DNA of 64,000 nucleotides from Alphaproteobacteria bacterium (GTDB lineage Bacteria; Pseudomonadota; Alphaproteobacteria; RF32; CAG-239): NCBI GenBank assembly GCA_045634545.1, contig JAZRAL010000025.1, positions 11,602 to 75,601 of the forward strand, read 5' to 3'. Shown piece by piece: positions 61,530 to 64,000 of this stretch (position 1 is its first letter; each line of letters starts with the position of its first letter). The notes under the pieces were generated by a model. It saw only the letters and a program-made list of their open reading frames with translations, ran no database searches and was not told where the DNA came from. The position numbers and the translations under genes were made by a program.

Positions 61530-64000
61530 ATGTCAGCAGCGAACATTTTTAAGAAATTGTTTTGCGGTATTGTAGCGTTAGGGCTTTGCTTTGGTGCTTT
61601 GAACGTTATTGCCGCTTCAGCTGACTGTCCGGATTGTCCAGCTGATAAAGATGGTAGTATTTTTCCGGGTGGCAGTTGTAAAAATTGTAGTAAAGACGAA
61701 GAAGTTATAGATAAAGATGGCAGTATCTTCCCAGGTGGTGGTTGCGATAGATGTAAAAATCGTAAGCCACGTGTGGATAAAAAAGCTGTGCGAATCGTTG
61801 AAGAATCAGGAAAAGATTGCCCAAGCTGTCCAATGCCAGAATTTAGAACAAAGAATTATACTTTTGCCGCTCCAAGATATAAAAGTGATGCACTAAATCG
61901 TAATTGTTGTGATTTGGCTTCTTTTACTTTGAAGCATGTTGATTTTAAGCTTCAAGGTCAAGAAGGATATAGTCCTTATTCTAGTCATGTAGGTAATTAC
62001 AGATTTAGAATCTTTGGTTGCAGAAGAGCAAACAAAAAGGCTATGTTAAATCATGGTCGTGTAATTCAAAAGAACATGGCTTTTTATGATGTTTTCAAAA
62101 AATCAGTTGATAAATGTTATAAAGTAATCGATGTTCCAGGTGATGTTTGCTTAGCAGATCCTAATGTTAAACTTCCAGAGTATGTTTTGACTGCTGAAAT
62201 TACAAACTTCTTTATGAATGTTTGTGATGAGTATGATTGGGATAAAGCTAAGAAAGCGAATCGTAGAAATGGCTCTGCTGAAATGACAGTTACATGGCGC
62301 TTATTAAATCTTAGCCAAACAGAAGTTTATTGGAAAGGTGTAACAACAGGTTATGCCGATGTTGAAAATGGTGTTTATGAAGGTGAAGTAAAACTTGCTG
62401 AAGAAGCTTTTGCTGATGCTGCACAAAGACTTAGTACTTTACCTGGATTTGAAGAGCAATTAAAAATGCGCCCAAGTCTTGAGGAAATGGCTGCTGAACG
62501 TCAATATTTGGTAGATTTTGATGAGAAGTTTAACCCAGGTAAATGTTACTTTAAGGAAGAAATTAAAGAAACTCATTCTTGTGATTATGCTCCTCAACCT
62601 CAATGTCCAGCTGTTTATAGACCATCACCACAAGTTAAAACTTGTCCTTGTGCAAAACCTCAACCATGTGTTTGCAATCAACCTGTTTGCCAATGTCCAA
62701 TGGTTGCTTGTCCTTGTGCGCAACCAGCTCCAAAGGTTGAAGAATTTGTGGATGTGAAAACAGAAACAAAGACTGTTGAACGTAAAATTATTACAACAAC
62801 AAGAATTGAAACACCTCAACCTGTTTGTCAACAAGTTTGTCGTCCTGTTTGCCAACCTAAAACAGTGACAACAACTGTTGAACGTAAAGAAATTATTGAA
62901 ACAGTTGAAGAGCCTGTTTGCCCAATGCAATGTGAGCAAAAATGCAAAAAACCTTGTCGCAAGATTTGTACTAAGACTTGTGAAGAAGGTGGCGTAAATT
63001 GTACTGAAGAATGCGTTGAGGATTGTGGTGAACCAAAACCATTACCAATGCCAGAGCCTGAACCAGAACCAGAACCAGAGCCTGTGGTTGAACCAAAGGT
63101 TGAAGAAATGGAATACATTCCAGTTGTTGAGGAAGATGGTGGTATAGAAGTTTCTAATGTTACTATTGAACCTCAAATTGAAGAAACTGGTGGTGTTGAA
63201 GCTAGTCATCGTGTATATGAAAATTGCATTGATGAAAATGGTAATGTAATTAGTGATGGTAGTTGCACAATTATTGACGATAGTTGGGTTGACCTTGAAG
63301 GTTATGATGTTGATGCAAAATTGTGTATTGCAGACCGTCCTCCATACAATGAATTAAGTCCTGAAAATATGCTTGAAATTCGTGGTTCTGTTGTAGAAAT
63401 TCAGAACAAAAACGGTGAAAAGGGTATGGGCTTGATTATTTCTCCTTCATTTGTTTTAACATCTGCTAGCTTAGTTAATAAGTTACAAAATACTTATGAT
63501 GTTAAGACAATCAATGGTGATACATTTGTAGCAAAAGCTGTTAGAGTAAATCCAAGTAAAAACGTTGCTTTGATGCATTTGGATACTCCTGTTAATTATA
63601 AACCATTGTCACTTAACCTTGAATTGCCAGCAATTGATCAAGAAGGATTTATCTCTCTTGGTATGTTAGGTGAAAATGCTAATAATTATATGGATGATAA
63701 TGGTAAAATCTATGGTTATCGTTATTCTGATAACTTAGGTACTGAAATTATCGTTGATACATTGGTACAAAAAGTATCTCCAGGTAGCGTTTTGATTGAC
63801 AGACTTGGTACTATTAATGGTATTTCTAGTTCTGCAAAACAAACAGATGAAGGTATGGATTTGTTTATACCTACAGAAACAGCTATTCGTAGCGTTGGCT
63901 TGACTATTTGTGAAAAAGTTTACGAAAAGAAAAGCCCATGGGAGAAAACAGTTTATAAACCAGTAACTGAAAAAGTTAAGGTTGAAACTAAAGCTCCTGA
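61530..64000 (+). CDS. large secreted Cys-rich protein with PE linker and degenerate trypsin-like domain (3' end outside window)
   Basis: Not in the ORF track because no stop lies within the window. ATG 61530 follows RBS AGGAGA. Signal peptide MSAANIFKKLFCGIVALGLCFGALNVIAASA. The frame is open to 64000. Confidence 0.8.
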   Translation, partial: MSAANIFKKLFCGIVALGLCFGALNVIAASADCPDCPADKDGSIFPGGSCKNCSKDEEVIDKDGSIFPGGGCDRCKNRKPRVDKKAVRIVEESGKDCPSCPMPEFRTKNYTFAAPRYKSDALNRNCCDLASFTLKHVDFKLQGQEGYSPYSSHVGNYRFRIFGCRRANKKAMLNHGRVIQKNMAFYDVFKKSVDKCYKVIDVPGDVCLADPNVKLPEYVLTAEITNFFMNVCDEYDWDKAKKANRRNGSAEMTVTWRLLNLSQTEVYWKGVTTGYADVENGVYEGEVKLAEEAFADAAQRLSTLPGFEEQLKMRPSLEEMAAERQYLVDFDEKFNPGKCYFKEEIKETHSCDYAPQPQCPAVYRPSPQVKTCPCAKPQPCVCNQPVCQCPMVACPCAQPAPKVEEFVDVKTETKTVERKIITTTRIETPQPVCQQVCRPVCQPKTVTTTVERKEIIETVEEPVCPMQCEQKCKKPCRKICTKTCEEGGVNCTEECVEDCGEPKPLPMPEPEPEPEPEPVVEPKVEEMEYIPVVEEDGGIEVSNVTIEPQIEETGGVEASHRVYENCIDENGNVISDGSCTIIDDSWVDLEGYDVDAKLCIADRPPYNELSPENMLEIRGSVVEIQNKNGEKGMGLIISPSFVLTSASLVNKLQNTYDVKTINGDTFVAKAVRVNPSKNVALMHLDTPVNYKPLSLNLELPAIDQEGFISLGMLGENANNYMDDNGKIYGYRYSDNLGTEIIVDTLVQKVSPGSVLIDRLGTINGISSSAKQTDEGMDLFIPTETAIRSVGLTICEKVYEKKSPWEKTVYKPVTEKVKVETKAP
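63051..63083 (+). repeat. Pro-Glu dipeptide repeat (PEPEPEPEPEP)
   Basis: CCAGAGCCTGAACCAGAACCAGAACCAGAGCCT, in frame within the 61530 CDS. Confidence 0.9.

Noticed and set aside
62518-63118. Three ORFs from the track (one plus-strand off-frame, two minus-strand) in the 62.5-63.1 kb region.
   Set aside because: All lie inside the long open frame starting at ATG 61530, which has a signal peptide, a strong RBS and coherent domain structure. They arise from the repetitive Cys/Pro/Gln codons.

Overview
This is a visibly AT-rich, gene-dense bacterial chromosome segment. Gene content and local synteny suggest a Gram-negative, probably alphaproteobacterial, host-associated or intracellular organism (inference only). 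The evidence for that is lpxK-waaA-DUF374 acyltransferase, ftsE-ftsX next to an MJ0042-type zinc-ribbon gene, yqeY-dnaG, nrdR-nusB-def, alr/murF, argS, pgi, pheA, dnaJ and comM/yifB.

An unusually large accessory complement is interspersed with this housekeeping backbone:
- Ten ankyrin-repeat genes, about 9.7 kb or 15% of the window. One carries an in-frame nonsense codon. Most share a conserved N-terminal module of about 45 aa, a short basic C-terminal tail, and a duplicated extended -10 promoter cassette.
- A block of about 11 kb after dnaG, where rpoD is normally found. It encodes a secreted multi-EF-hand protein, a lipoprotein, an ankyrin protein and a charged orphan. It also holds a tightly coupled two-gene operon whose second product is a 1346-aa protein with a prepilin/TadE-like class III signal (leader, Gly, Glu at +5, hydrophobic helix), plus further orphans and an SLT lytic transglycosylase. 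No pilus, Tad or T2SS machinery genes occur in the window. This is my best candidate for an undescribed system.
- Two unlinked orphan genes built from 25-26 residue repeats I do not recognise.
- A 3'-truncated gene for a large secreted Cys-rich protein with a PEPEP linker and a trypsin-like domain whose catalytic triad appears substituted.
- A candidate small RNA of about 120 nt bounded by a promoter and a terminator.

One tRNA-Leu(CAA) is present. I saw no rRNA genes, CRISPR arrays, transposases or integrases. All protein assignments come from motif recognition by eye. No database search was possible.
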